Notes under the pieces: generated by a model | Told to the model about the DNA's origin: nothing | The model's input: only the letters and a program-made list of their open reading frames with translations | Databases searched by the model: none | Assembly: GCA_937900255.1 (NCBI GenBank) | Contig: CALCDZ010000002.1 | Location: forward strand, 73,655-137,654 | Origin: an uncultured bacterium | Lineage (GTDB): Bacteria; Patescibacteriota; Patescibacteriia; SG8-24; DYFX01 | Direction: 5' to 3' | Length of the DNA: 64,000 bases | Position numbers and translations under genes: made by a program | Shown: positions 9,461 to 19,456 of the stretch, in pieces | Numbering within the stretch: position 1 is the stretch's first letter | Layout: every line of letters begins with the position of its first letter

Positions 9461-11122
9461 ATGTCATCTGACCAAGGAAAGACGCGATTGTTTCGGCCGG
9501 CGCCCGCTCCCGCTGATTCAGCCATCAAACGCTTCACATACGGAAGAGCGAAGCCGAGAGCCGTCCCGTGGTACGGCATCGAGGCGCTTTGGTGGTATTT
9601 CGCCAGCATCCTGCCCAATACCATGCGGGCTTTCAGCCGCGACCGCAGAGGTTCCATGAGACTTGACGTTCCGGAACGCCTGGCGGACATGGTCTCCGAG
9701 AGACTTGGCTGCGCGGGCGACGGCAAGCCGGTCGTCGAAACGATCGGCCGCGATCTATGGATCGACTTCATCGCCGATACGGGGGAGGATGTTTCGGTCA
9801 GCGAAGCCGTCGGGCGGATCCTGTTCGCCGACCACGAGGTGCCGGATCCGGACCGTCCCGGTTCGAAGATCCGGGCTCCGCGAGGCGATATCCTGGTCTT
9901 CGGCGGCGATACGGCGTATCCGGTCGCGACCGAAACGAACGTCCGTGAACGCGTCGTCGAGCCGTTCAATCGCGCGCTCGCCGGGCATGACGACGGCAGG
10001 CCGCGCGTGCTGCTTGGCGTCCCAGGCAATCATGATTGGTACGGCGATCTCGAGGGGTTCCGGCGCCTGTTCCTGAGAGAGGAGGCCTCGCTGCGGCTCG
10101 AAGGCTACTCGGCCTTGCAGGGAGCGAGCCATTTCATCCTCCCGCTCACCAGGCGGATCCATCTGTTCGCGGTCGATCAGCATCTCGAGCGTCTCGACGA
10201 ACGGCAGCGCGGCTTCTTTTCCGATTGGAGGAAGGCGCGCCCCGACTTGGCGCCGGTCGTCGTCATGCACGACCCCGTCCGCGCGTTCCATAAGCTGAAC
10301 GCCATCGGCGCCGATGCCATCGCGGCGTTCGGTCTCGAGACCGAGACGAGGCCTCATCTCGTGGTGTCCGGCGATATCCATCACTATGAGCGTTGGCGCG
10401 ACCAGGCAGGGACGCACGTGGTCGCCGGTGGGGGCGGCGCCTTCCTCTGCCCGTCTCCGCTCGACCGGCGGCAAGCCCCTTTGGACCTCGATGCGGAATG
10501 GCCGGGGCCGGTCCAGAGCCGGGCGCTGCTCAAACAGGTGCCGATCCGCCTGCTGTCCGGCAAGGCCGGATACATGACGCATCTCACCATGCTGGGGGTT
10601 TTCGTGTCCTCCGGTCTCATGCTGGCGAGGCTCGGTTGGACGGATGCCGCCGCTCTTTTCACGGCAGCGCTCACCGGAGTCGCTATCGCCGGGATTTTCG
10701 CCTTGGTCGCCCGCACGCGGTACGGCCAGCGCCTCCAGTCGTGGATCGCCGCCGCTTTCATCGGCCTGTCCTCCAGCCTGGTCCCGGTCTTCGTCGTGGC
10801 TGCCATCCGTGAAGAACTGACAGATCGTGGATACGTCACCTCGCGCGGCGCCGTCATCCTCCTGGTCGGGCTCGGGATCCTCTTCGGTACCTGGGCGCTC
10901 GGTTTTTTCATCGCGACGCTTACCCGATTCGGTTACGAGCACTTGCAGGCATATGCTTCCTTGATGCATCCGGGTTACAAGCATTTCGTGCGCATGCGGG
11001 TGCGTTCCGATTCCGCGGGCATCGACGTATGGACGATCGGTCTCATCGACCCTCTCGGTCCGGGGGAAGGCCCCGTGCTGGTCGATCAGTTCACCTGGAG
11101 GCCCGGAGAGGAGACCTCCTGA
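9461..11122 (+). CDS. calcineurin-like metallophosphoesterase with C-terminal multi-pass membrane domain
   Basis: DFIADTG, GGDTAYP, GNHDW, GDIHHY, GGGGAFL motifs; about 4 TM segments; promoter TTGCTT-17-TAAGAT ends 7 nt before ATG. Confidence 0.85.
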   Translation: MSSDQGKTRLFRPAPAPADSAIKRFTYGRAKPRAVPWYGIEALWWYFASILPNTMRAFSRDRRGSMRLDVPERLADMVSERLGCAGDGKPVVETIGRDLWIDFIADTGEDVSVSEAVGRILFADHEVPDPDRPGSKIRAPRGDILVFGGDTAYPVATETNVRERVVEPFNRALAGHDDGRPRVLLGVPGNHDWYGDLEGFRRLFLREEASLRLEGYSALQGASHFILPLTRRIHLFAVDQHLERLDERQRGFFSDWRKARPDLAPVVVMHDPVRAFHKLNAIGADAIAAFGLETETRPHLVVSGDIHHYERWRDQAGTHVVAGGGGAFLCPSPLDRRQAPLDLDAEWPGPVQSRALLKQVPIRLLSGKAGYMTHLTMLGVFVSSGLMLARLGWTDAAALFTAALTGVAIAGIFALVARTRYGQRLQSWIAAAFIGLSSSLVPVFVVAAIREELTDRGYVTSRGAVILLVGLGILFGTWALGFFIATLTRFGYEHLQAYASLMHPGYKHFVRMRVRSDSAGIDVWTIGLIDPLGPGEGPVLVDQFTWRPGEETS

Positions 11123-11179
11123 TCCGGCTGGCATGCTATACTTGGAACGGAACGGCCATTCATTCATCATCCTACGCCC

Positions 11180-11656
11180 ATGAAATCCAAAGCGGCGTTC
11201 TTGACCGCTGTCGTCGTCCTTCTCGCCGCTGCAAGCTTCGCCGTCTGGCGATCGACCCATCGTCCGGCACCTCAGGCGCGCGTCTTGACGGACGTGGTGC
11301 CCGAGAATCCGGACCTATCGCCGACGAACGCGCAGGCCGTCATCGTGAGCGAGGGGCAGAAGGGGAAAGTCCTCCAGGTCAAGGTCGGTGATGACGTGGA
11401 GGTCCTCCTGCACAGCACGTACTGGACCATCAAGGATCCTGACGCGAAGCTCCTGAAGCCTCTCATGACCCAGCCTAAAGTGACGCCGGATTTCAAGGGC
11501 GTGCCCGGTTCCGGTTCCGGAACCGTGGAAATGCGGTATCGGGTCCTCGCCGGAGGGACGGTCAAGATCATCGCTTCCAGGACTTCCTGCGGTGAGGCCA
11601 TGCGCTGCACCGGCAGCAACGGCGCGTTCGAAACGACGATCGTCTCAGTCCCGTAA
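11180..11656 (+). CDS. exported protein with chagasin/protease-inhibitor I42-like beta domain
   Basis: N-terminal anchor; VKVGDDVEVLL..TYW...PGSGSGT.EMRYRV..GT pattern. Confidence 0.6.
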   Translation: MKSKAAFLTAVVVLLAAASFAVWRSTHRPAPQARVLTDVVPENPDLSPTNAQAVIVSEGQKGKVLQVKVGDDVEVLLHSTYWTIKDPDAKLLKPLMTQPKVTPDFKGVPGSGSGTVEMRYRVLAGGTVKIIASRTSCGEAMRCTGSNGAFETTIVSVP

Positions 11657-11664
11657 AGTTCCCT

Positions 11665-12051
11665 ATGAATCTCAAGAACCGGAAAGCCGTGATCGTCGTG
11701 CGCGTCCTGCTCGGCCTCCTTTTCCTCATGAGCGGCATCACGGGCCTCATGGCGGGAAGGTCGATGCAAGGCGTCCCCGGGCCGATGGCCGTCGTCTCGC
11801 AGCAGCTTTGGGATATGGGCATCTTCCAGATGATCAAAGTGACGGAAGCCGTCGCCGGGCTGATGCTCGTGGCCGGGTTCCTGCCCGCCCTCGCAGCCAT
11901 CTTCGTGGCGCCGATCTGCGTCGGTATCATCGTCTTTGACCTCAATGTGGCGCCCGGATTCCTGCCTATGGGCCTGATCGTTTCCGCGATGACCGCCTAC
12001 CTCGGTTATGCCTACTGGGACGTCTACGCCCCGCTGTTCCGTCGCCGTTGA
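11665..12051 (+). CDS. DoxX family membrane protein
   Basis: RVLLGLLFLMSG, KVTEAVAGLMLV, 4 TM. Confidence 0.8.
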   Translation: MNLKNRKAVIVVRVLLGLLFLMSGITGLMAGRSMQGVPGPMAVVSQQLWDMGIFQMIKVTEAVAGLMLVAGFLPALAAIFVAPICVGIIVFDLNVAPGFLPMGLIVSAMTAYLGYAYWDVYAPLFRRR

Positions 12052-12149
12052 GCTCGCCTGATCCTTCGGTGCGTCCGCCCCTTGCTTTTTTCCTGGCTTT
12101 GGGCTATAGTGGATCGTCTTCAAATAAGGAGGCGAAAAAGCAACAAATT

Positions 12150-12659
12150 ATGCCGTTTAACAGGCATGGTGGAGGCAGCGGTTATAATAAGGGCGGAAAT
12201 TCGTTCGGCGCCAAGCGCCCGTGGGATCGCGGTACCCGAAGCTCGAACGGTTTTGACGATCGTCCGAAGTTCAAGGCGACCTGCGCCTCCTGCGGCGATG
12301 CCTGCGAAGTCCCGTTCAAGCCGAACGGCAGGAAACCGATCTACTGCCGCGCCTGCTTCGGCAAGACCGAGGCACCGGAGCGGAGTGATCGTTTCGAGCG
12401 CAAAGGCGCCTCGGAGTACCGCCCTGCCGTCAACGACGGCACGGCTGACCAGCTCAGGGCGATCAGCGCCAAGCTTGATGCCATCCTGAAGGCTCTCGAC
12501 CCCCGCATGTCCATGACGGCACCGGTGGCCAAGAAAACCGAAGCTCCGAGCACCAAGTTGCCGGAAGCCAAGGTGGAGGCCAAGAAAGCCGAAATCAAGA
12601 AAATGGAAGCTCCCAAAGCGCCAACCAAGAAGAAGGCTGTCGCCAAGAAGAAGAAATAA
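12150..12659 (+). CDS. CxxC-x17-CxxC domain protein with Lys/Ala-rich tail
   Basis: ATCASCGDACEVPFKPNGRKPIYCRACF; upstream promoter TTGCTT-17-TATAGT. Confidence 0.85.
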   Translation: MPFNRHGGGSGYNKGGNSFGAKRPWDRGTRSSNGFDDRPKFKATCASCGDACEVPFKPNGRKPIYCRACFGKTEAPERSDRFERKGASEYRPAVNDGTADQLRAISAKLDAILKALDPRMSMTAPVAKKTEAPSTKLPEAKVEAKKAEIKKMEAPKAPTKKKAVAKKKK

Positions 12660-12673
12660 GGAGCCAGCAAGAG

Positions 12674-12701
12674 GAAACCCGCCGCTCAAACGGCGGGTTT
12701 C
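12674..12701. terminator. intrinsic terminator hairpin
   Basis: gaaacccgccg-ctcaaa-cggcgggtttc. Confidence 0.75.
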
Positions 12702-12766
12702 GGCCGTCTGGACGACCGCGAGAGCAGGGGGTATCATAGGCTGACCTGATTCCTGAACTCGCTTAT

Positions 12767-13369
12767 ATGCCTACCATCACCCTGTACGGCCCCCGCCTCG
12801 GATCCTCGTTCCGCCCGCATTGGATGCTCGCCGAACTCGGTCTCGCCTATGAAGCCAAGGACGTCGATCTCGCGAACGGCGCCCAGCGTACCCCTGAATA
12901 TCTGGCCATCAATCCGGCGGGACAAGTCCCGACCATGTTTTACGACGGCTTCATGTTGACGGAGTCGACCGCGATGGCGCATTACCTCGCGGAAAAGCAC
13001 GATCCGTCGTTTCTCGGTCCGAAAGATCCGGAATCGCATGCCACCTTGCTTCGCTGGGAGCTCTTCGTGCTGCTCAATCTCGATCGGCACCTTAGCGCAC
13101 ATGCCCTGAGAGCTTGGGGTATCCCGGTCGAAGACGATGTCTTGAAGAAGGCCGATGTCGCGCTCGCTCGTTTCCTGCCGACGCTTGAGGCATGGTTCAA
13201 GGAGCATGCGTACGTCGCAGGCGACGCGTTCACCGTGGGGGACATCGTGACGCGCACGTCTTTCATGTACGCGGAAATGGCCAAGCTCGATCTCTCGAGC
13301 TACCCCTCGATCGAAGCCTGGATGAAGCGCTGCGCCGACCGCCCGGCCTTCATCAAGGCAAAGGGTTGA
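12767..13369 (+). CDS. glutathione S-transferase family protein
   Basis: YLAINPAGQVPT, LTESTAM, GDAFTVGDI. Confidence 0.92.
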   Translation: MPTITLYGPRLGSSFRPHWMLAELGLAYEAKDVDLANGAQRTPEYLAINPAGQVPTMFYDGFMLTESTAMAHYLAEKHDPSFLGPKDPESHATLLRWELFVLLNLDRHLSAHALRAWGIPVEDDVLKKADVALARFLPTLEAWFKEHAYVAGDAFTVGDIVTRTSFMYAEMAKLDLSSYPSIEAWMKRCADRPAFIKAKG

Positions 13370-13372
13370 GCG

Positions 13373-14278
13373 ATGGATGCGCTCAGGATCGGCGGACTCC
13401 GCAAGGCCTACGCAGGCGGCGTCGAAGCGCTCAAGGGGGTCGACCTTTCCATCGGTAAGGGCGACTTCTTCGCGTTGCTCGGCGCGAATGGCGCGGGGAA
13501 GACGACGCTCATCAATATCGTGGTCGGATTGGTCACTCCCACCGACGGAACCGTCTCCGTTTTTGGTATCGATCGAGAACGCGATCCCGATGGCACGAAG
13601 GCCTTGGTCGGGGTCGTGCCGCAGGAGTTCAATTTCAACATCTTCGAGACGGCGCGCGAGATCGTGATCGCGCAAGGCGGCTATTACGGGATGACGCGCG
13701 CCTCCGCCGAACGGCGCGCCGACCTCCTCCTCAAGGAGCTCGGTCTTGCGGAGAAACGCGATGTCCCTTCGCGTACGCTTTCGGGCGGCATGAAACGCCG
13801 CCTGATGATCGCGCGGGCGCTCGTGCACGAGCCGAAGCTGCTGATCCTGGACGAACCGACGGCCGGCGTCGACGTGGAGCTGCGCCGCGGCATGTGGGAG
13901 TATCTGCGCAAGCTCAACGCCGAAGGCATGACGATCCTGCTCACCACCCATTACTTGGAGGAAGTCGAGCAGTTGTGCAGGTCCATGGCCATCATCCAAC
14001 GCGGCGAGGTCGTGAAGTCGGGTTCAGTGCACGGCTTGCTGGCCGAAGCCGATGGACGGCGTTATCGGCTGACCCTGGATGCCGCCCCTTCCGAAGCGCA
14101 GGCCAGGCAGATCGGGGCTGACGAGGTCAAAGGGACGACGGTAACCCTCCTCGCGGCGTCGGGCGAGCCGCTCGACACCCTCATCGCACGCGTCCGATCG
14201 GCCGGGTTGCGCGTACTCGACGCGGCACATGCCCAGAATCGCGTCGAAGAGCTGTATCTTTCCACGCTCACGCCATGA
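13373..14278 (+). CDS. ABC-2 type transporter ATP-binding protein (YadG-like)
   Basis: GANGAGKT, LSGGMKRR, LILDEPTAGVD, TTHYLEE. Confidence 0.93.
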   Translation: MDALRIGGLRKAYAGGVEALKGVDLSIGKGDFFALLGANGAGKTTLINIVVGLVTPTDGTVSVFGIDRERDPDGTKALVGVVPQEFNFNIFETAREIVIAQGGYYGMTRASAERRADLLLKELGLAEKRDVPSRTLSGGMKRRLMIARALVHEPKLLILDEPTAGVDVELRRGMWEYLRKLNAEGMTILLTTHYLEEVEQLCRSMAIIQRGEVVKSGSVHGLLAEADGRRYRLTLDAAPSEAQARQIGADEVKGTTVTLLAASGEPLDTLIARVRSAGLRVLDAAHAQNRVEELYLSTLTP

Positions 14279-15054
14279 AGACACGATCCGCCATCGCCTG
14301 GAATGCCTATCGCACGATGATCCGCAAGGAATCGACGCGGATTTTCCGCATTTGGCCCCAGACACTCCTTCCGCCGCTCATCACGCAATCCCTGTATTTC
14401 CTGATCTTCGGCGGCTTCATCGGTTCCCGGGTCGGCTTGGTCGACGGAGTGCCGTACATGGCTTTCATCGTCCCTGGCCTGGTGATGATGGCCGTCATCC
14501 AGAACAGCTTCGGCAACGTCGTGAGCTCGTTCTTCAGCGCGAAGTTCATGCATAACATCGAAGAGATCATGGTCTCGCCGACGCCGGACTGGGTGATGCT
14601 CTCCGGCTACGTCACCGGAGGGGTCGTGCGCGGCACGGTCACCGGCGCCCTGGTCTACGCCGTTTCCGCGGTCTTCGCGCGGCCGACGGTAGCCCATCCA
14701 TGGGCGGTCGTCCTGTTCCTGCTCCTGACCAGCCTTCTCTTCTCGCTTGCGGGTTTCATGAACGCGATTTTCGCCAAGAAGTTCGACGACATCAGCATAT
14801 TCTCGACTTTCGTCCTCGTGCCGCTCACGTACCTCGGAGGCGTCTTTTATTCGATCCGGCAACTGCCGCCGGTCTGGCAGGCGGTCTCCCGCTTCAATCC
14901 CGTCTTCTATATGATCGACGGTTTCCGTTACGGCTTTTTCGGTGAGACAGGCGTTTCCGTCTGGCTGAGCGCGCTGTTTCTGGCTGCCGTGACGGCCGTA
15001 CTGGCCGTCGTCAACCTGCATCTGCTACGCAAGGGGACTGGCATGCGGGCATAG
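14275..15054 (+). CDS. ABC-2 type transporter permease (YadH-like)
   Basis: RIWPQTLLPP, YMAFIVPGL, PLTYLGGVFYS, NPVFYMIDGFRYG. Confidence 0.92.
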   Translation: MKTRSAIAWNAYRTMIRKESTRIFRIWPQTLLPPLITQSLYFLIFGGFIGSRVGLVDGVPYMAFIVPGLVMMAVIQNSFGNVVSSFFSAKFMHNIEEIMVSPTPDWVMLSGYVTGGVVRGTVTGALVYAVSAVFARPTVAHPWAVVLFLLLTSLLFSLAGFMNAIFAKKFDDISIFSTFVLVPLTYLGGVFYSIRQLPPVWQAVSRFNPVFYMIDGFRYGFFGETGVSVWLSALFLAAVTAVLAVVNLHLLRKGTGMRA

Positions 15055-15118
15055 GGGCCTTGCGCCATCCGACGAAGATAGGGTAGAGCGGCGTCATCAT
15101 CAATGAACCCATGGCCGC

Positions 15119-16588
15119 ATGCTCGAGACTCTCAAACGACATTTCGGCTATGATCGCTTCCGGCCGCTGCAGGAAGAGATCATCCGACACGTGCTTTCGG
15201 GCCAGGACTGCCTGGCGCTCATGCCGACCGGAGGCGGTAAATCCTTGTGTTTCCAGATGCCATCCCTGATCGTCGGTGGCCTGACGATCGTCGTCTCTCC
15301 GCTCATCGCGCTCATGAAGGATCAGGTCGACCAGTTGCGGGTGAGCGGTGTGGCCGCGGCTTATATCAACAGTTCGCTCGACGCCGAGGAGATAGCAATG
15401 GTCAAGCGCCAGGCCCTGGCGGGCCAGTTGCGTCTCCTGTATCTCGCGCCGGAGCGGCTGGCGGTTCCGGAGTTCCGCGAGTTCCTTTCGAAGCTCGATG
15501 TCCGTTTCCTGGCCGTCGACGAGGCGCACTGCGTTTCCGAGTGGGGCCATGATTTCCGTCCGGACTATCGGAACCTCACGGTGCTTCGGAAAGAGTTCCC
15601 GAACGTCCCGACCATCGCGCTCACCGCCACCGCCACGCCCGAGGTGCGTCGCGACATCATCCGCGAGCTGCATCTGCGGGCGCCGCGGACGTTCGTCTCC
15701 AGTTTCAACCGCCCGAACCTTACGTATGCCGTCGCGCCCAAGCGCAAAGGCTGGGGCGGCCTGTTGGCGCTGCTCGAGAAGCATCGCGGCGAGAGCGCCA
15801 TCCTCTATTGCTTCTCGAGGAAAGATACGGAGGCGCTGGCGGATCTCCTGCGGACGCGCGGCATCAAGTCGGCGCCGTATCACGCGGGGCTGAGCGCCGA
15901 AGTCCGCGCACGGACGCAGGATCGCTTCATCAAGGATGATCTTGACGTGGTGGTCGCGACCATCGCGTTCGGCATGGGCATCGACAAGCCGGACGTGCGC
16001 CTGGTGGCGCATTGCGACCTGCCGAAATCGGTCGAAGGTTATTATCAGGAGACTGGCCGGGCCGGGCGCGACGGCCTGCCGGCCGAATGCGTGCTGTTCT
16101 TCTCCTATGCCGACCGTCGCAAGCAGATGTTCTTCATCAACGGCATGGACGAAGGGCCTCAGCGCGAGCAGGCCCGACAGAAGCTCGACGCCGTCATCCG
16201 TTACGGCGACCTGAAATCATGCCGTCGCCGTTTCCTTCTTTCGTATTTCGGCGAGGCGCCGGGGGCGGAGAACTGCGGCGGTTGTGACGTCTGCCTCGGC
16301 ACGACCGTGCGCGAAGATGCGCCGGCCGTCTCCAAGAAAACGTCGAGCGTCGTGCCTGCTGCGGAGGCCGCCCTCTTCGAAAGCCTTCGGGCCCTGCGCA
16401 AGCGCCTGGCGGCCATCCGTCGCGTGCCGCCCTACATGATCTTCGGCGACGTCAGCCTGCGCGCCATGGCCGAGCAGCGTCCGGTGACCCGCGAGGAGTT
16501 CGCCGTCATCCCTGGCGTCGGCGAAAAGAAGCTGCAGGCATTCGGTGAGGTCTTCATGCAAGAGATCCGTAACCAGGACTTCTCATGA
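15119..16588 (+). CDS. recQ: ATP-dependent DNA helicase RecQ
   Basis: MPTGGGKSLC, DEAHC.SEWGHDFR, QETGRAGRDG, Zn site CRR...CGGCDVC, C-terminal HRDC. Confidence 0.95.
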   Translation: MLETLKRHFGYDRFRPLQEEIIRHVLSGQDCLALMPTGGGKSLCFQMPSLIVGGLTIVVSPLIALMKDQVDQLRVSGVAAAYINSSLDAEEIAMVKRQALAGQLRLLYLAPERLAVPEFREFLSKLDVRFLAVDEAHCVSEWGHDFRPDYRNLTVLRKEFPNVPTIALTATATPEVRRDIIRELHLRAPRTFVSSFNRPNLTYAVAPKRKGWGGLLALLEKHRGESAILYCFSRKDTEALADLLRTRGIKSAPYHAGLSAEVRARTQDRFIKDDLDVVVATIAFGMGIDKPDVRLVAHCDLPKSVEGYYQETGRAGRDGLPAECVLFFSYADRRKQMFFINGMDEGPQREQARQKLDAVIRYGDLKSCRRRFLLSYFGEAPGAENCGGCDVCLGTTVREDAPAVSKKTSSVVPAAEAALFESLRALRKRLAAIRRVPPYMIFGDVSLRAMAEQRPVTREEFAVIPGVGEKKLQAFGEVFMQEIRNQDFS

Positions 16589-17826
16589 GAATCGCCATCA
16601 TCGGCGGGGGAGCGGCCGGGCTCATGGCCGCCGCCGCCATCAGCGAAACCTGTCCACAAGCCGAGACCTTCCTGATCGAAAGGAATGACGGTTTGGGCAA
16701 GAAGGTCATCATCTCCGGGGGCGGGCGCTGCAACGTCACGACCGGACTTCGCGACATCCGCGCGGTCCTTTCGAGATACCCGCGCGGGGGCAAATTCCTG
16801 AACTCCGCCATGCGGCGATTCCCGCCTGACGTCGTCTACGCCTGGTTCGAAGACCGAGGCGTCCCGCTCAAGATCGAGGAGGATCTCCGCGTGTTCCCGC
16901 AGTCCGATGACGGCCACGACGTGGTCGCGGCGTTCGAACGCCTGTTCCGCGACTCGAACGTCCAGGTGCTGCTGAACCGCCACGTCGCAGGCGTGAGACG
17001 CGGCGCGGACGGGTACGCGATTTCCTTCAAGGATGGCCGGACGCTGGACGTCGATCGCGTCATCCTGACGACCGGTGGGCAGGCGTTCCGTCACACCGGT
17101 TCGACTGGCGATGGGTATGCCTTCGCGGAATCACTGGGGCATGCCGTCACTGCGCTCGCGCCCAGCCTCAACTCGTTCTTCGTCAAGGAAGCCTGGCCGA
17201 AAAGCGTCTCGGGCCTTTCCTTCGAGAAGGCATGCCTGAAGACGCGATTCTCCAAACCCTACGCGTTCACGGGCCCGATGCTTTTCACGCATCGCGGCGT
17301 GAGCGGCCCGGCCGTCTTCGCGCTTTCGAGCCTGGTGGCGTTCGAGACCTACGACGCTGGACATCCGATGCGCCTCCTGATCGACCTGTTCCCCGACCTT
17401 CCGGAGGAATCGCTTCTTGGGAAGCTGGAGGAAGCGTTGCGCGGACATCCGAAAAAGAGCCTGGACAACGTGCTGGATTTCATGATGTCGAAATCGCTCG
17501 CGCATGCGCTTTGCGGGGAACTCGGGCTGTCGCCCGAAGCGCGGGCCGCGGAACTTTCCAAGAAAGATGCGCGGCGCATCGCGGCCTGGCTGAAAGGCGC
17601 TCCGCTCACGGTCATCGGACGAGGGGCGGGGGATGAATTCGTCACGGCCGGCGGTGTCGATCTCTCCGACGTCGATCCGAAGACGATGGAATCAAGAATT
17701 TCCCCCGGATTGTTTTTCGCGGGCGAGATCCTGGATATCGACGGCTTCACCGGCGGATTCAACCTGCAGGCGTCCTGGGCGACCGGACGGACGGCGGGCG
17801 AAAGCGCCTGTCGTATGCTAGAATAA
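16585..17826 (+). CDS. NAD(P)/FAD-dependent oxidoreductase, HI0933/BaiN (YhiN) family
   Basis: GGGAAG, ISGGGRCNVT, GSTGDGY, TAGGV, GFTGGFNLQ. Confidence 0.93.
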   Translation: MRIAIIGGGAAGLMAAAAISETCPQAETFLIERNDGLGKKVIISGGGRCNVTTGLRDIRAVLSRYPRGGKFLNSAMRRFPPDVVYAWFEDRGVPLKIEEDLRVFPQSDDGHDVVAAFERLFRDSNVQVLLNRHVAGVRRGADGYAISFKDGRTLDVDRVILTTGGQAFRHTGSTGDGYAFAESLGHAVTALAPSLNSFFVKEAWPKSVSGLSFEKACLKTRFSKPYAFTGPMLFTHRGVSGPAVFALSSLVAFETYDAGHPMRLLIDLFPDLPEESLLGKLEEALRGHPKKSLDNVLDFMMSKSLAHALCGELGLSPEARAAELSKKDARRIAAWLKGAPLTVIGRGAGDEFVTAGGVDLSDVDPKTMESRISPGLFFAGEILDIDGFTGGFNLQASWATGRTAGESACRMLE

Positions 17827-17846
17827 GGTATCTCCACACATCACCT

Positions 17847-19439
17847 ATGAACTACCGTTTCTACGCGGCCACCCTCTTCTCCCTCTCCCTGCTGACCCTC
17901 ACCCTCCCTGTTTCGGCGGCGCTTCCGTCCGGAGGGACTCTCATCAAGGCTTCCGGACAAGCCGTCTATTGGTACTCCAAGGACGGCAAGCGCTACGTCT
18001 TTCCCGACGAGAAGACCTATCGGACCTGGTATGCAGATTTTTCCGGCGTCAAGACCGTCACGGATGCCGAATTGGCCAGCCTTCCGATCGGCGGAAACGT
18101 TACATCGAGACCTGGGGCGAAATTGCTCAAGATCATGACTGATCCGAAGACGTACGCCGTCGATGCTCACGGTACGTTGCGTTGGGTGACCTCCGAATCC
18201 GTCGCGGCGCAGCTCTATGGCGCCGACTGGAATCGGAAGGTGAATGACGTGCCTGATGCGTTCTTCACCAACTATGCCGTCGGAACCCCGATCGACGCGG
18301 CTTCACAGTTCACGCCCATGGCGGCATCGGATGCGGCTTCCGACATCGATGCGGATCGGGCCGCCTCCGTTCCGGTGCCGGCTCCTTCGCCGACGCCGGC
18401 GCCCGTGCCGGATCTCCCTGCCCTGATCGGCAGCAATGACGACGGCATCGTCCTTGCCGGGCAGCGGAACGTCATCCTCGCGAAGTTCAACCTGACGGCC
18501 GTGGACGAGGCCCTGAGACTGACGAAGGTCCGGGTCATGCTGGCCGATCCCGCGAGCGCGGCCGATCTCCTTCGCTTGCGTCTGTATGATGGCTCGACGC
18601 CGGTCTCTTCGGATGCGGGCATGGGCTCCGACGGCAACGCCGATTTTTCGGAAGTATCATTCGTCATTCCCAGGAACGGCACGAAGACGCTGACGGTGGC
18701 TGCCGACCTCAACGTGATCGGGCAAGGCGCACGGTCGGGTGACGACGTGTCCGTGAAACTGCATGTGCCTGGTTCCGACGACGGTACGTACGAGTTGCGC
18801 GGCACGAGCAGCGGCACCGTGCTGCATTCGGGGTCCGGCGGCGACAAGACGGCTTTCCAGAAACTGCTGCGCAAGACGGTTCCGACGGTTTCCAATGTCG
18901 CATTGCCGACCGGCACGCTCACGAACGGTACCGTCGTCGCCTCCCGTTTCACGATCGCGGCGGCGGCCTCCGAGCAGGTCTCGCTGAAGAAGCTGACCTT
19001 CAACGTCTCGAAGACGGATGCGCTCGGCATCGGTTCGGCGTCGCTGCGTGAAGCCGGTTCGGGCGCCGATCTGGCCGCTTCAGCCGTCCTGGATTCCGCC
19101 TGCGCGTCCGGAGCCGGTTCGACCTGCGTCGTGAGTCTTACGCTCGCATCGGAGCAAACCATTCCGGCTGGCGCCGCCAAGACGTATGAGCTCCATCTTG
19201 TCGTCAGCGGCGCGACCGGTTCCGCCTCGATCTTGACGAACCTGGTCGGGGACGCGGCCTCGTCCGTCGGTCATCTGACGGGCGGCGGTACCGCGATCGA
19301 CGGGGTCTCCCGCAACTTCATCTGGTCCGACAACGCGGCCGTGCCGCACATGGATGCCGATGCGGGCTCGGCGGATTGGTCGGATGGCCGGTACGTGAAG
19401 ATCTTGCCCAACGACGTCCAGGCGCTGACGAAGTCTTGA
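17847..19439 (+). CDS. secreted cell-surface / S-layer-like protein (CPR type)
   Basis: Signal peptide; tandem repeats LIK....VY....GKRYVF / LLK....TY....GTLRWV; Pro linker; Ser/Thr/Gly-rich beta domains. Confidence 0.75.
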   Translation: MNYRFYAATLFSLSLLTLTLPVSAALPSGGTLIKASGQAVYWYSKDGKRYVFPDEKTYRTWYADFSGVKTVTDAELASLPIGGNVTSRPGAKLLKIMTDPKTYAVDAHGTLRWVTSESVAAQLYGADWNRKVNDVPDAFFTNYAVGTPIDAASQFTPMAASDAASDIDADRAASVPVPAPSPTPAPVPDLPALIGSNDDGIVLAGQRNVILAKFNLTAVDEALRLTKVRVMLADPASAADLLRLRLYDGSTPVSSDAGMGSDGNADFSEVSFVIPRNGTKTLTVAADLNVIGQGARSGDDVSVKLHVPGSDDGTYELRGTSSGTVLHSGSGGDKTAFQKLLRKTVPTVSNVALPTGTLTNGTVVASRFTIAAAASEQVSLKKLTFNVSKTDALGIGSASLREAGSGADLAASAVLDSACASGAGSTCVVSLTLASEQTIPAGAAKTYELHLVVSGATGSASILTNLVGDAASSVGHLTGGGTAIDGVSRNFIWSDNAAVPHMDADAGSADWSDGRYVKILPNDVQALTKS

Positions 19440-19456
19440 AAAAAGAGCTCCCGACG

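Noticed and set aside
12125-12132. Perfect TAAGGAGG upstream of the CxxC-x17-CxxC gene (and AGGAGG upstream of nrdB)
   Set aside because: About 15-17 nt from the ATG, too far for a normal SD, and both starts have the -1 T, so they were not counted in the SD-led class.
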